Positions 29,501 to 39,178 of a DNA stretch of 64,000 bases are shown piece after piece. A program made the translations under genes and the position numbers. Position 1 is the stretch's first letter; each line of letters opens with the position of its first letter. This DNA comes from Candidatus Bathyarchaeota archaeon (GTDB lineage Archaea > Thermoproteota > Bathyarchaeia > Bathyarchaeales > Bathycorpusculaceae): positions 2,617 through 66,616 of the forward strand of contig CAWJGR010000030.1 in assembly GCA_963842545.1 (NCBI GenBank), given 5' to 3'. A model generated the notes under the pieces. It saw only the letters and a program-made list of their open reading frames with translations. It did no database searches and was not told the origin of the DNA.

Positions 29501-30965
29501 TTATTGAACGGGTTTTTGGGAAGGAACAGATTGTTATGTTACAGGGTCCACCCGGTACTGGAAAAACAGAGACTTTGCAGTTGACGGTTTTGGCTCATGT
29601 CGCCGCTCACCGAGCTAAAGGCAGGTGTCGAGTGTTGATGGTCGCTCCAACCCACAAAGCAATCCAAGAGTTCGTCAGCAAACTAGCCCCCTGCTGGCAA
29701 GAGTACATAAAAGAAGGAGGCAAAGACCTAAAAGACCTGAATATTTACCGAGTTTTAAGCAGTTCCACTTCATCCGTCAAACCCTTAGAAGGCGTCACAT
29801 ATGTTAACTATAACGAGGATGAGGAAATTGTTCAGCAACTCAAGGATAGCTTGATGAACCAAGCAACGTTAGACTCCCAATACTTCAGGTTCAGATCCTC
29901 TGATTTTATGCCTCACACCTCCAGGCTTGTATGGGTTAATGAAGAAAATCGGCGACTCCGAACCTCCGTGGGGCGAAGGCTTCTTTGACTTACTTGTAGT
30001 GGATGAGGCAAGCATGATGCGTCTTCCCGAACTCATTCTTTCAGGCTCGTTTCTAACTAAAGGCTGTCAGATCTTCGTGGCGGGAGACCATCGCCAGTTG
30101 CCCCCGATTCAAGCACACAATTGGGAAAAAGAAGACAGGCGAACACTCGAAGAAATGGCATCGTTCCTCTCAGCTATGGATTTTCTTCGTCTGCTACGCC
30201 AAGAAGACCTTGGAATTGAACGAATAAGTTGCAAACACTCCGCAGACATACCGGCAGAGCGATTGCGTGAAAGCCACAGGTGCCATTCGGTTGTAGCTGA
30301 GTTTCTGCGGGAATGGGTGTATGAAAAAGATAAGATTGATTTCCACTCAGACCAAAAAAATAAGTTGGCGGTTTCGAAGCCTAAAACGGATGGTTTAGGG
30401 GTTGTTTTGGAGCCAGAGAACGTCTTCGTGTTGATTGTTCATGATGAGGCAGAAAGTTTCCAGTCAAACCTTGTTGAGGCGTCGATTGTTGAGGCGTTGG
30501 TTCGCAATGTGAAATCTGAGGGAATTGGTGTCATAACACCGCACAATGCCCAAAAAGGCTTGTTAAAGATCATGTTGTCAGAGGGTTGCGAAAATGCCAG
30601 AATCGACACCGTCGAGCGGTATCAAGGCGGCGAAGCAGACTTCATTATAATCTCCTCCACAGTCAGTGACCCCGATTATGTCCGAAGCGAAAGCGACTTC
30701 CTGCTTAACTTGAACCGAATTAATGTAGCAATTTCGCGTATGAAGAAAAAACTAGTTATAATTGCGAGCAGATCGATTTTTGAGTTCATGCCGCAAGACG
30801 CCAAAGATTACGATAAAGCACTGCTTTGGCGAGGGATTTCCCAAACTGTTGGGTTTACAGCTGATTCAAAAGCACAGTGGACAGGGGATCTAGGCAGAGT
30901 TTCTCGGTCAGGCCGCTCCACCAATTAAGGTTGAAGTTTATGTTAAGTCAGAGATACATAGGTGA
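26599..30965 (+). CDS. Fe-S PD-(D/E)XK nuclease-SF1 helicase (Dna2/TM0106-like); frameshifted
   Basis: Frame is open upstream of 27007 (LTASGIAEYIRFNCCPR). GIADL..FELKSS..HRIQVAIY, CWRCDNCGFNECC, GPPGTGKT, DEAS, GDHRQLPP, TVERYQGGE, NRINVAISR. Confidence 0.9.
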
Positions 30966-31052
30966 GCTTAAAAGAAAATATATTTTTTTAATTTTTAAAA
31001 ACATTCTTTTTGGCTCATCGTTGTATTTGATACCGCCCTCATAAAACATGAT

Positions 31053-31430
31053 TTACTTTTCCTGTTGTACTAGCCTCAACCTTTCTTTCACGGTAGCTAT
31101 GAGTTCTTCAGGTTTTACTGGTTTCACAAGAAAATCGTCCGCACCGTAGTCAGCAGCTTTTTTGCCTACTTCGTCACTAGAGAACCCTGTGACAATGATT
31201 TTGATGGTTCCAACATCATTTGCCATATTTAGAAGAAGATCAGTTCCATCCATATCGGGGAGCCTAACATCAACAATACAGACATCGAACTTTTTTGCCT
31301 CAATTTTTTCTAAGGCAGCTTTTCCGGTCTCGGCCGTCTCAACTTTGAATCCTTGCTTCTCTAAGACATTCTTGAAACCCCTCAGGATGCCTACGTCGTC
31401 GTCGACCACAAGAATTTTTTTTGTCTTCAT
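31053..31430 (-). CDS. Stand-alone response regulator receiver
   Basis: LVVDDD, DVRLPDMDG, VTG, KP. Confidence 0.93.
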   Translation of the reverse strand: MKTKKILVVDDDVGILRGFKNVLEKQGFKVETAETGKAALEKIEAKKFDVCIVDVRLPDMDGTDLLLNMANDVGTIKIIVTGFSSDEVGKKAADYGADDFLVKPVKPEELIATVKERLRLVQQEK

Positions 31431-31504
31431 AATCAAACAGAATTCATTTAGTTACCGCTTTAAAGGTATGTGGTGGGCTTAACACAACAACACATTTGGG
31501 TTGC

Positions 31505-32458
31505 TCAAAACTTTGTCAAATCGATTCCTAATCTTTTAGAAAGTTTGGGTAAATCGTTTAAGACATAGACAAACGCGTAACCTCTCCAATTTCCCCATCT
31601 TTTTTCCGCAACTATTTTGAGAGCAGATATGACTTCTCGAGGGTTTTCAGGTACTTTACCGTTAAACAGTACACTAAAGATTTTAGCGCTCCAAACATCA
31701 AGGGGAAAACCTGTCTTAGCCATGACCAATTCAGCAGAGTACTCGCCGATTCCACACAAAGTCAACAGTTTCGTCTTAGCTTCCTCTGGCTCCATGACGT
31801 ATAGCTCATCCATACTAGGAAAGCATTGATTCAGCTCGGCTGCGATTGCCTTAAGGTTTTTGGCTCTGTAGCCCAATCTAGCTTTAACCTGCAATTCCTC
31901 AACTGGTGCTGCAGCTATGGTTTGGACTGAAGGCCAATAACGAATTGTTTTATCATCAAAACTAGCTTCGTCACCAAAATTAGCTATCAGCAGGTCCATC
32001 ATTTGGTTGCTTCTCTTCATAGGCGCCATCTGAAGAGAAACCGCTAAAATTAAAGCTGGAAACAACTCTGGCCACCCAATAGTGTGCATACCATAGAGGT
32101 CCTCAACCACGTCACGTAAGATGTCGTCGCTTTGGCTGAGATTATAGAACCCTGTCAAATCTTCCTCCACTTTCAAAGCCCGCTTCAACATCCGCAATAT
32201 GGATTGCTTGCTTGAATCATCCACCTTAGTTTTGGAATAAATTGTGCAACGAATCTGTGGTTTTCGAATTGTTCCCAAAGAGCACAGTTTTATACCCAAA
32301 AGTTCATCGTTAAAACGGGTCGCACTCCAGCAAGTGCCAGCCTCATACGTTTCTTCGGGGGTAGACCAATACCAACCTGCAGGCTTGCGAAGGGTGAGCT
32401 CAAAACTATAGGGTGAAGTAGCTTCAAACTCAACGGTAAATTCTTCTTTTAGGTTCAA
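31505..32458 (-). CDS. HhH-GPD DNA glycosylase (AlkA/OGG1-like)
   Basis: LGYRAK, LLTLCGIGEYSA, FPLDVW, WGNWRGYA. Confidence 0.9.
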   Translation of the reverse strand: MNLKEEFTVEFEATSPYSFELTLRKPAGWYWSTPEETYEAGTCWSATRFNDELLGIKLCSLGTIRKPQIRCTIYSKTKVDDSSKQSILRMLKRALKVEEDLTGFYNLSQSDDILRDVVEDLYGMHTIGWPELFPALILAVSLQMAPMKRSNQMMDLLIANFGDEASFDDKTIRYWPSVQTIAAAPVEELQVKARLGYRAKNLKAIAAELNQCFPSMDELYVMEPEEAKTKLLTLCGIGEYSAELVMAKTGFPLDVWSAKIFSVLFNGKVPENPREVISALKIVAEKRWGNWRGYAFVYVLNDLPKLSKRLGIDLTKF

Positions 32459-32789
32459 AACAAAATCCTATCCATAAAGATCCAAGTAGAACCAAGTAAA
32501 TAAAACCTACATGAAACAGCATCCTTGTCCTTATCACTGAATTTTGTGCAAAAAGTAAAATTTCTAATTCAAAACGAAATTATCTCTAAAGTTGCACAAA
32601 AAAATCTATAGAAACACCTACAACAACAACCAATTAAAAGCTGTTTAAATCCATAAATTTCTTGGAAAAACCGATTTCTTATTCTAAAAGAAACACGTTT
32701 AGTTTACTATTCTTTGTAAAGATTGAAGACTTATTCATAAATCTTAAAAGCAATTTCAAACAAACGCAGTATCAACGCTGGGTGTTACG

Positions 32790-33392
32790 ATGGGTTTCCT
32801 AAAAAAATTCACAAATAAACTAACTGCTCCAGAAGCTATTGTCCGATTAAATTTTAATAACTATTCCGTTGTGTTAGGAGAAAATCTTCAAGGAAACCTC
32901 AATATAAATTCCAAAGAGGATTTTGAAACCACCGAAATTCGATGCGAAATTGTCTGCATTGAGCAAGCTAAAGTTATTAAAGAGGTTTATGACCCTGCCC
33001 TAAAACGATCAATCCCTCAAGTTGTGAATGAATCAATCATTATTTACAGTGCAAAACCAGCCCTTTCTGGTCCAACTAAATTGACAAACGGTGAAACCCG
33101 AAGTCTCCCAGTCAACACAAACATTCCAGCAGGAACAAAACCAACGTATGCGGGTGTAGATCGACGTGTAACATGGACAATAAAGGGTGTTCTTGCTGTA
33201 GATGGTAGACCTGACAGAACGACCGAACCGTGTGAAATCCAGGTTATAGCGCCCACAGTTCAAGTTCAAGCAGCGACAGCGCAAAGAGAGGTAGTTCGCA
33301 CTGTAGTTATGATTCCTTGTAAGTACTGCCAAGGACTCATGGACCAAACATTGACTGCATGTCCTAACTGTGGCGCAAAAAGAACAATTTAG
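32790..33392 (+). CDS. SpoOM/arrestin-N-like protein with C-terminal zinc ribbon
   Basis: GE.L.G.L, IP..PT..V.W.IKG.L.V.GRPD, CKYC..CPNC. Confidence 0.7.
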   Translation: MGFLKKFTNKLTAPEAIVRLNFNNYSVVLGENLQGNLNINSKEDFETTEIRCEIVCIEQAKVIKEVYDPALKRSIPQVVNESIIIYSAKPALSGPTKLTNGETRSLPVNTNIPAGTKPTYAGVDRRVTWTIKGVLAVDGRPDRTTEPCEIQVIAPTVQVQAATAQREVVRTVVMIPCKYCQGLMDQTLTACPNCGAKRTI

Positions 33393-33467
33393 ATTGAAGA
33401 AAAAAGAAGTTTATAGTTTGATATTTATGGGATAACACAGCTGTCTTTCAACTTTGTATAGAATCTA

Positions 33468-33548
33468 CTATTCTTCGTCTTCGCAATCGTCGCAATCGCA
33501 GTCACAATCTTCGTCTTCTTCTTCTAATCCAAAAATAATTTTTTGCAT
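33468..33548 (-). CDS. Putative 26-aa acidic Cys-rich micropeptide MQKIIFGLEEEDEDCDCDCDDCEDEE
   Basis: ATG with AGGT upstream and a TTTATTTA box; tandem TAG TAG stops; below the ORF-track cutoff. Confidence 0.6.
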   Translation of the reverse strand: MQKIIFGLEEEDEDCDCDCDDCEDEE

Positions 33549-33685
33549 TTCTTAAAACCTAACAAGCTTAAATAAAAATAACTAAATAAACCCTCTTGTC
33601 GGATTCTATAAATTAGCAAATATAGTTTTCCGAGCAATTTTTCTGGAAAAACAATTAAAGCAGTAATCAAACAACTTTTGTAATT

Positions 33686-35035
33686 ATGCCGCAAGAAATT
33701 CCAAGCACCTTAAAGGATTTAATCATACACTTTGTTCAAACATACAGTAGCGTGCCAGATTTAGAGCTTGATTCATACCTCAACCCTAAACCTTGGTTCA
33801 TGCCATTAACTAATAATGAAGCAAAAAAGGAAGCGGCACACTATTTTTTGCTCGCGGCTGCACTTAGCGATTACAAACTAACAGGAAACCCAAGAAACAT
33901 ACGACTGCTTCTAAACCAACTTTACACAACGCTTGGACCAAAACTGTACACCGTAAAAAATGAGTCCGATTTGACTGTCGAAATTTGCCGGTTTGAACAC
34001 CAGATAGAGAAGTTTGACCATCTTGGGCTGGCAAAAGCTGAGATTTCAGAGGTAATATGCTCAGTTAATCAATTCGTGGAAAACAAAGCTCAGGGTAACC
34101 TCATTGCCTACTCTGAAAATTTAGCTTTGCGGGGTAGAAAACCAGCGGACTTTGTTAAGGAGCTTTCGTTTACTGTAAAACGGATGAGCAAGCATCATAA
34201 AGCTAAGGCGTGGCTATATTTGCGCTGGATGGTTCGAGAATCGCCTGACTTGGCGCTCTTCAAATTCGAGCCAAAAGACTTGATGATTCCGCTCACCACA
34301 CCTAAATTCAGGGTTTATGCTGCTTTGGGACTTAGCGACAATGAAAACTTGCCTCTTGAATTAAGCATTAAGAATCAGCCGGAGAGCTGGTGGGTAAACA
34401 CCGCGGCGTTTGATGCTGATGCAGAAAAGTTGACTAATTTTGCGAAATCTCTGTTTCCGGAAGACCCAGCAAAAGTTGATTTCCCCTTCTTTATTTTGGG
34501 AACTTGGCTGGAATACTCGGATTTGACTCCTGTTTCTTTAGTGAAGTCTATGAATTTTTTTATCCAAAAGCACGAGGAGTTTCTGCAACCGCTCATACGA
34601 TATTTAACCGTTGTTTACCATTACAACAGAATAGGTGAACGCATCGACCCTGGAGCATTCTCTGCCTTAGAGCTCGATGTCTACGATTTTCTAAAAAGTA
34701 AACAAGTCATATTCAACTATGAATTCATGGAATTTTGCCTTTCAAAAGAAAATCCGCTGTTTACCTACAAACCAGATTTTCTTTTACCCCAAATGACAAA
34801 CAAAGGGCGAAAGATGTTACTTGAACCCCATGGAATTAAAAGTAACCTTATTGAGTTTCTGGGTAAATTGTCGGCGTTTCGTAAGCATTATGGCGATTAC
34901 TTCTGTTTAATTCTGATAGTGCCCGATCAATACATAAGAACAATCGATTATTTTGATCCAGAGCATAAGTCATATGATTTTCTGTGGAAACAGAGTAATT
35001 ATAAAATGCAATTTGAAAACTTCCATAGTTCTTAG
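33686..35035 (+). CDS. DUF2400-like (HhH-related) domain fused to C-terminal PD-(D/E)XK nuclease-like domain
   Basis: WLYLRWMVR.SPDL..L.IPL..FPEDPAKVDF, then SALE..YE..YKPDF..LLEPHG. Confidence 0.7.
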   Translation: MPQEIPSTLKDLIIHFVQTYSSVPDLELDSYLNPKPWFMPLTNNEAKKEAAHYFLLAAALSDYKLTGNPRNIRLLLNQLYTTLGPKLYTVKNESDLTVEICRFEHQIEKFDHLGLAKAEISEVICSVNQFVENKAQGNLIAYSENLALRGRKPADFVKELSFTVKRMSKHHKAKAWLYLRWMVRESPDLALFKFEPKDLMIPLTTPKFRVYAALGLSDNENLPLELSIKNQPESWWVNTAAFDADAEKLTNFAKSLFPEDPAKVDFPFFILGTWLEYSDLTPVSLVKSMNFFIQKHEEFLQPLIRYLTVVYHYNRIGERIDPGAFSALELDVYDFLKSKQVIFNYEFMEFCLSKENPLFTYKPDFLLPQMTNKGRKMLLEPHGIKSNLIEFLGKLSAFRKHYGDYFCLILIVPDQYIRTIDYFDPEHKSYDFLWKQSNYKMQFENFHSS

Positions 35036-35167
35036 ATAGGCATCCCGCAGTATTTTTTTAAGGGTTTCTTGTTTTGTTTGAATGAATTTCCGATTTTGAG
35101 TTTTTCCGCAAGCATTAAATTGTCTCATTCCTCTCTTTATTTTGTTCCTGACTGGGCATTTGGGAGA

Positions 35168-36301
35168 ATGATCATGAAGGTCATTTCAAAGTCTGATTTT
35201 AGTGATTTCGTAAACAGTTTGATTAAAGATGATTCTTTGAATGTCATTGGTGTGAAATCCAAGGGTAACAAATTTGCTTTTGCACCGTTGGAAACAGCTG
35301 AAGAATTGAGGCTTGATTATGATGTCACTTTGTTGCCTCCGAAAAAATATTTCTTCCCACAACGAGAAACATTGTTTACTTATGCACTTTCGGGTGGTTT
35401 TTCTGCGAAACAACCGGAAGAAACAAAGGCAATGGTAATAATTGGAGTCCATCCTTATGACATAGTAGCATTGCTTCATATGGATGAAATTTTCAGGGAA
35501 ACCAAGTCAGATCCTTATTATTTCAAGAAACGTGAATCCTCAATAATTATCGGCGTTAACATCCAGAAACTGTCCAAGTGGAATTTCTCAGCCTACATGG
35601 GTTCCTCCTCCGTTGACTGGGGGTACGACCTAATGCTTACCGACTTGGGTAACAGATACTTCATAAACGTTGGATCCCAAAAAGGAGAAGAATTACTGTC
35701 TAAATACGCAAAAAACATGAATACTGCCTTGGCACGTGACATTCAAGTTGCAGGACAGAAAAAAAGAGAAATCATGAACCTTTCACAACAAAGCTTCGAT
35801 TTCTCCCCGGAACTGATTCCTGAACTGCTCAAAGACAGCTACGGAAAAAGTGGCTTTTGGGAGAAGCACTCTGAAAAATGTCTCGCTTGCGGCTCATGCG
35901 TTCTAGTTTGCCCAACATGCTACTGTTTTGATGTTAAAGACAACCCTGACCTCACTTTGGAGGCAGGAGAGAGAATCCGAACTTGGGATGGCTGTTTACT
36001 TGAGGATTTCGCGAAAATTGCTTCAGGAGAAAACTTCCGTGCAACCAGACCAACAAGATATCGTCACCGCTACTTTAAGAAAGGAAAATATCTCTTTGAC
36101 CGCTTCGGCTTCGTCTCATGTGTCGGATGCGGCAGATGCTCTTCAAACTGTCTTCCAAACATAGCCAACCCTGTGGACCTATTCAACGACATGTTCCATG
36201 AAAGCCAAAACAGCGGCAACCAACTCAAGACTTCAGATGCTCCAGACGTCAATATACAGACTGAAGGTAACATCAGACTTCGTTCCCAAACTGAACAATA
36301 G
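35168..36301 (+). CDS. hydB: Group 3b hydrogenase beta subunit (4Fe-4S dicluster)
   Basis: LPPKKYFFP, CLACGSC..CPTCYCFD, CVGCGRC..C. Confidence 0.9.
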   Translation: MIMKVISKSDFSDFVNSLIKDDSLNVIGVKSKGNKFAFAPLETAEELRLDYDVTLLPPKKYFFPQRETLFTYALSGGFSAKQPEETKAMVIIGVHPYDIVALLHMDEIFRETKSDPYYFKKRESSIIIGVNIQKLSKWNFSAYMGSSSVDWGYDLMLTDLGNRYFINVGSQKGEELLSKYAKNMNTALARDIQVAGQKKREIMNLSQQSFDFSPELIPELLKDSYGKSGFWEKHSEKCLACGSCVLVCPTCYCFDVKDNPDLTLEAGERIRTWDGCLLEDFAKIASGENFRATRPTRYRHRYFKKGKYLFDRFGFVSCVGCGRCSSNCLPNIANPVDLFNDMFHESQNSGNQLKTSDAPDVNIQTEGNIRLRSQTEQ

Positions 36302-36309
36302 TCAAAAAG

Positions 36310-37089
36310 ATGCCTATGACTGCGCTGGAAACACTTTTTGAAATAAAACTAGATGATGGTTTAGAGCTTAATCATAAACCTGGCCAGTTTGTCGAGGTTT
36401 CAGCATTTGGCATAGGCGAAGCCCCAATTTCTCTGTCTTCTTCACCAACAAAGAAGGATACGTTTGAAATCTGTGTCCGTAAGCTGGGAAATGTCACCAC
36501 TAGACTGCATAAACTAAACGAAGGCGACAAGGTGGGAATTCGAGGACCATTCGGAAACGGCTTTAACGTTGATTCGCTAAAGGGCAAGGACCTCCTATTC
36601 ATAGCAGGCGGTCTAGGAATTGCCCCTCTCCGCTCACTATTCAACTATGTTCTAGACAACCGAAAAGACTACGGAAAAGTCTTCTTGCTCTACGGATGCA
36701 AGGAACCCAAGGAGTTGCTTTTCAACGAAGAAATGATTGCCTTAGCTTCAAGAGACGATGTTGAGTTTAAATCAACTGTCAACTGGTGCCCCGAAAACGA
36801 AATCTGGTCAGGCAACATCGGTGTAATAACAACTCTTATTCCTCAAGTATCCTTTGACCCAGAACAAACCCTTGCCATTCTCTGCGGTCCTCCAGTAATG
36901 TACAAATTCGTAATCGCAGATTTGAAGAAAAAGATGGTTCCAGACGATCACATCATAATGTCGCTTGAACGAAGAATGAAATGCGGTGTAGGAAAATGCG
37001 GGCACTGTCAAATCAACCAGATATATGTCTGCAAGGACGGCCCCGTGTTTAATTATGCAAAAATAAAAGGTGTTCCGGAGGCTCTATAA
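36310..37089 (+). CDS. hydG: Group 3b hydrogenase gamma subunit (FAD/NAD(P), 2Fe-2S)
   Basis: PGQF, GEAPIS, RGPFGNGF, AGGLG, CGP, MKCGVGKCGHC..CKDGP. Confidence 0.93.
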   Translation: MPMTALETLFEIKLDDGLELNHKPGQFVEVSAFGIGEAPISLSSSPTKKDTFEICVRKLGNVTTRLHKLNEGDKVGIRGPFGNGFNVDSLKGKDLLFIAGGLGIAPLRSLFNYVLDNRKDYGKVFLLYGCKEPKELLFNEEMIALASRDDVEFKSTVNWCPENEIWSGNIGVITTLIPQVSFDPEQTLAILCGPPVMYKFVIADLKKKMVPDDHIIMSLERRMKCGVGKCGHCQINQIYVCKDGPVFNYAKIKGVPEAL

Positions 37090-37826
37090 TGAAACCTAAA
37101 GTTGCATTCTTTGATTTTGCTGGCTGCGAAGGGGATCAGCTCCAAATCGCAAACTTAGAAGAGGACTTGTTAGCGCTTTTAGGTCAAGTGGATGTCGTAA
37201 CATTCAGGGAAGTTATGAAAGAGCAAAGTGACAACTATGACATCGCGTTCGTTGAAGGTTCATGTACAAGGCTTCAGGATGAAGATAGACTCAAGCAGAT
37301 TAGAAAAAATGCCAAGATCGTCGTTGCAATTGGCTCTTGTGCTGCAATTGGTGGTATCAATTCTCTCAGAAACTATAAGGATTTAGATTTAGTTAAAAAA
37401 ATGGTGTATGGAGAAAACGCAAGGCTCTTTGACTCTTACGCTGCAAGACCAATCGATGCCATTATTCCTGTGGATGCTTATGTTTATGGATGCCCGATCG
37501 ACAGAGAAGATTTCCTGCAAGTAGTAAAATCGCTTCTATTAGGAAAGAAGCCAGAAACGGCAACTTACCCTGTTTGTGTGGAATGCAAGAAAAACGAGAA
37601 CGTCTGTGCTTTTGAACGAGGGCAATATTGTGTTGGAACAGTTACCAGAGCTGGTTGCAACTCATGTTGCGTTAACGAAGGCACAATCTGCTGGGGTTGT
37701 CGGGGCTTAGTGGATAATCCAAATGAGAACTCCCAAAAAGAAGTTCTAATAAAATACGGTCAAACTGTTGATGATGCAATAGCTAAGTTTAGGTTGTATT
37801 TTGGTTGGCAGGAGGCAAAAAGATGA
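37089..37826 (+). CDS. hydD: Group 3b hydrogenase delta (small) subunit
   Basis: GCEGDQL, VEGS, GSCA..GG, GCP, VCVEC, CWGCRG. Confidence 0.93.
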   Translation: MKPKVAFFDFAGCEGDQLQIANLEEDLLALLGQVDVVTFREVMKEQSDNYDIAFVEGSCTRLQDEDRLKQIRKNAKIVVAIGSCAAIGGINSLRNYKDLDLVKKMVYGENARLFDSYAARPIDAIIPVDAYVYGCPIDREDFLQVVKSLLLGKKPETATYPVCVECKKNENVCAFERGQYCVGTVTRAGCNSCCVNEGTICWGCRGLVDNPNENSQKEVLIKYGQTVDDAIAKFRLYFGWQEAKR

Positions 37827-39137
37827 GCGAATCTAAAAATGTCGACGTAAATGTCCATCACATAACAAGGGTGGAAGGACACGGAAACATCAATGTATCC
37901 ATAAGAAACGGTGCCATAGAAAAATGTGAGTGGAGCATTCCTGAAGCACCAAGATTTTTTGAAGCCATGGTTGTGGGAAGATCTTGGAATGAACTACACC
38001 ACATTACTTCCCGCATATGTGGTATATGTTCAATAGGCCACACACTTGCCTCGTTAAAAGCAACCGAAGCAGCCTTGGGAATACCTATTAGCGAGCAGGA
38101 CCTTAAACTGCGAAAGCTAGCCTTGCATGCGGAAAACATGCAAAGCCACATCCTTCATCTGGGATTTCTCGTTCTCCCAGATTTAATGGGTGTAGGCTCA
38201 GTCATTCCACTTGCCTCAACAAATCTCGCAGAAGTCAAAATTGTCCTCCAACTCCATAGAATTGCAAACGAAATGTCAAATCTTTTATGTGGCAGAACCA
38301 CTCACCCTCAAAGACTAATTCCGGGAGGATTCTCTAAAATTCCCTCAATGAAGGAGCTAACGATTATGAAGCGAAAGTTGCAGGATTCTGTTTCTAACCT
38401 TCAAGCTGTGGCTGGATTGTTTAAGAGTCTAGCAGGTAATTTCCCTAATTTTGAGAGAGAAACAGAATTCATTGCCTTAACAAATCCAAATGAATATGCA
38501 CTATACGATGGAGAAATAGCTTCAACTGATACTGGCGAAGCACCAGTCAAAGAATACCTTGCCTACACAAACGAATATGTCGTTCCACAGTCAACTGCTA
38601 AATGGGCAAAACACACCCGAGACTCCTACATGGTTGGGGCGTTAGCTAGATTAAACATCAATTACAAAAAACTGTCACCATTGGCTCAAACGGTTGCAGA
38701 AATGTTCAACCTAAAACCAATCTGTTACAATCCATTCATGAATAGCATCGCCCAATTGGTGGAAACAGTTCATAGCGTAGAAGACTCTATAAAATTAATC
38801 AATGAGCTTGAAGCGGCCGGACTAGAAACTCAACCTGACTATAACAATCCAAGCATTAAAGTGAAGGCGGGCAGCGGTGTTGGAGCAGTAGAAGTACCCA
38901 GGGGTATATTATTCCACGATTACACCTACAACGATAAAGGTGTATGCACAAAAGCTAACTGCGTAATACCTACTAATCAAAACCACGGAAACATTTCATT
39001 GGATATGAAAGCGTTGTTGCCGCAGATTGTGGATAAATCGCAAAAAGAAATCGAACTACGCCTTGGAAATGCTAGTTCGCGCCTATGACCCTTGCATCTC
39101 TTGCTCAACACATGTGGTAAAAGTCGATTTAACCTAA
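37823..39137 (+). CDS. hydA: Group 3b [NiFe]-hydrogenase large subunit; frameshift near 39060
   Basis: RVEGHG, L1 SRICGIC, EVPRG; L2 AYDPCISCSTH in the shifted frame, followed by a 7-aa extension. Confidence 0.95.
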
Positions 39138-39178
39138 TTAAGGTCATTAGATTCCAATTAGCTAATTACAAGGAAGCG

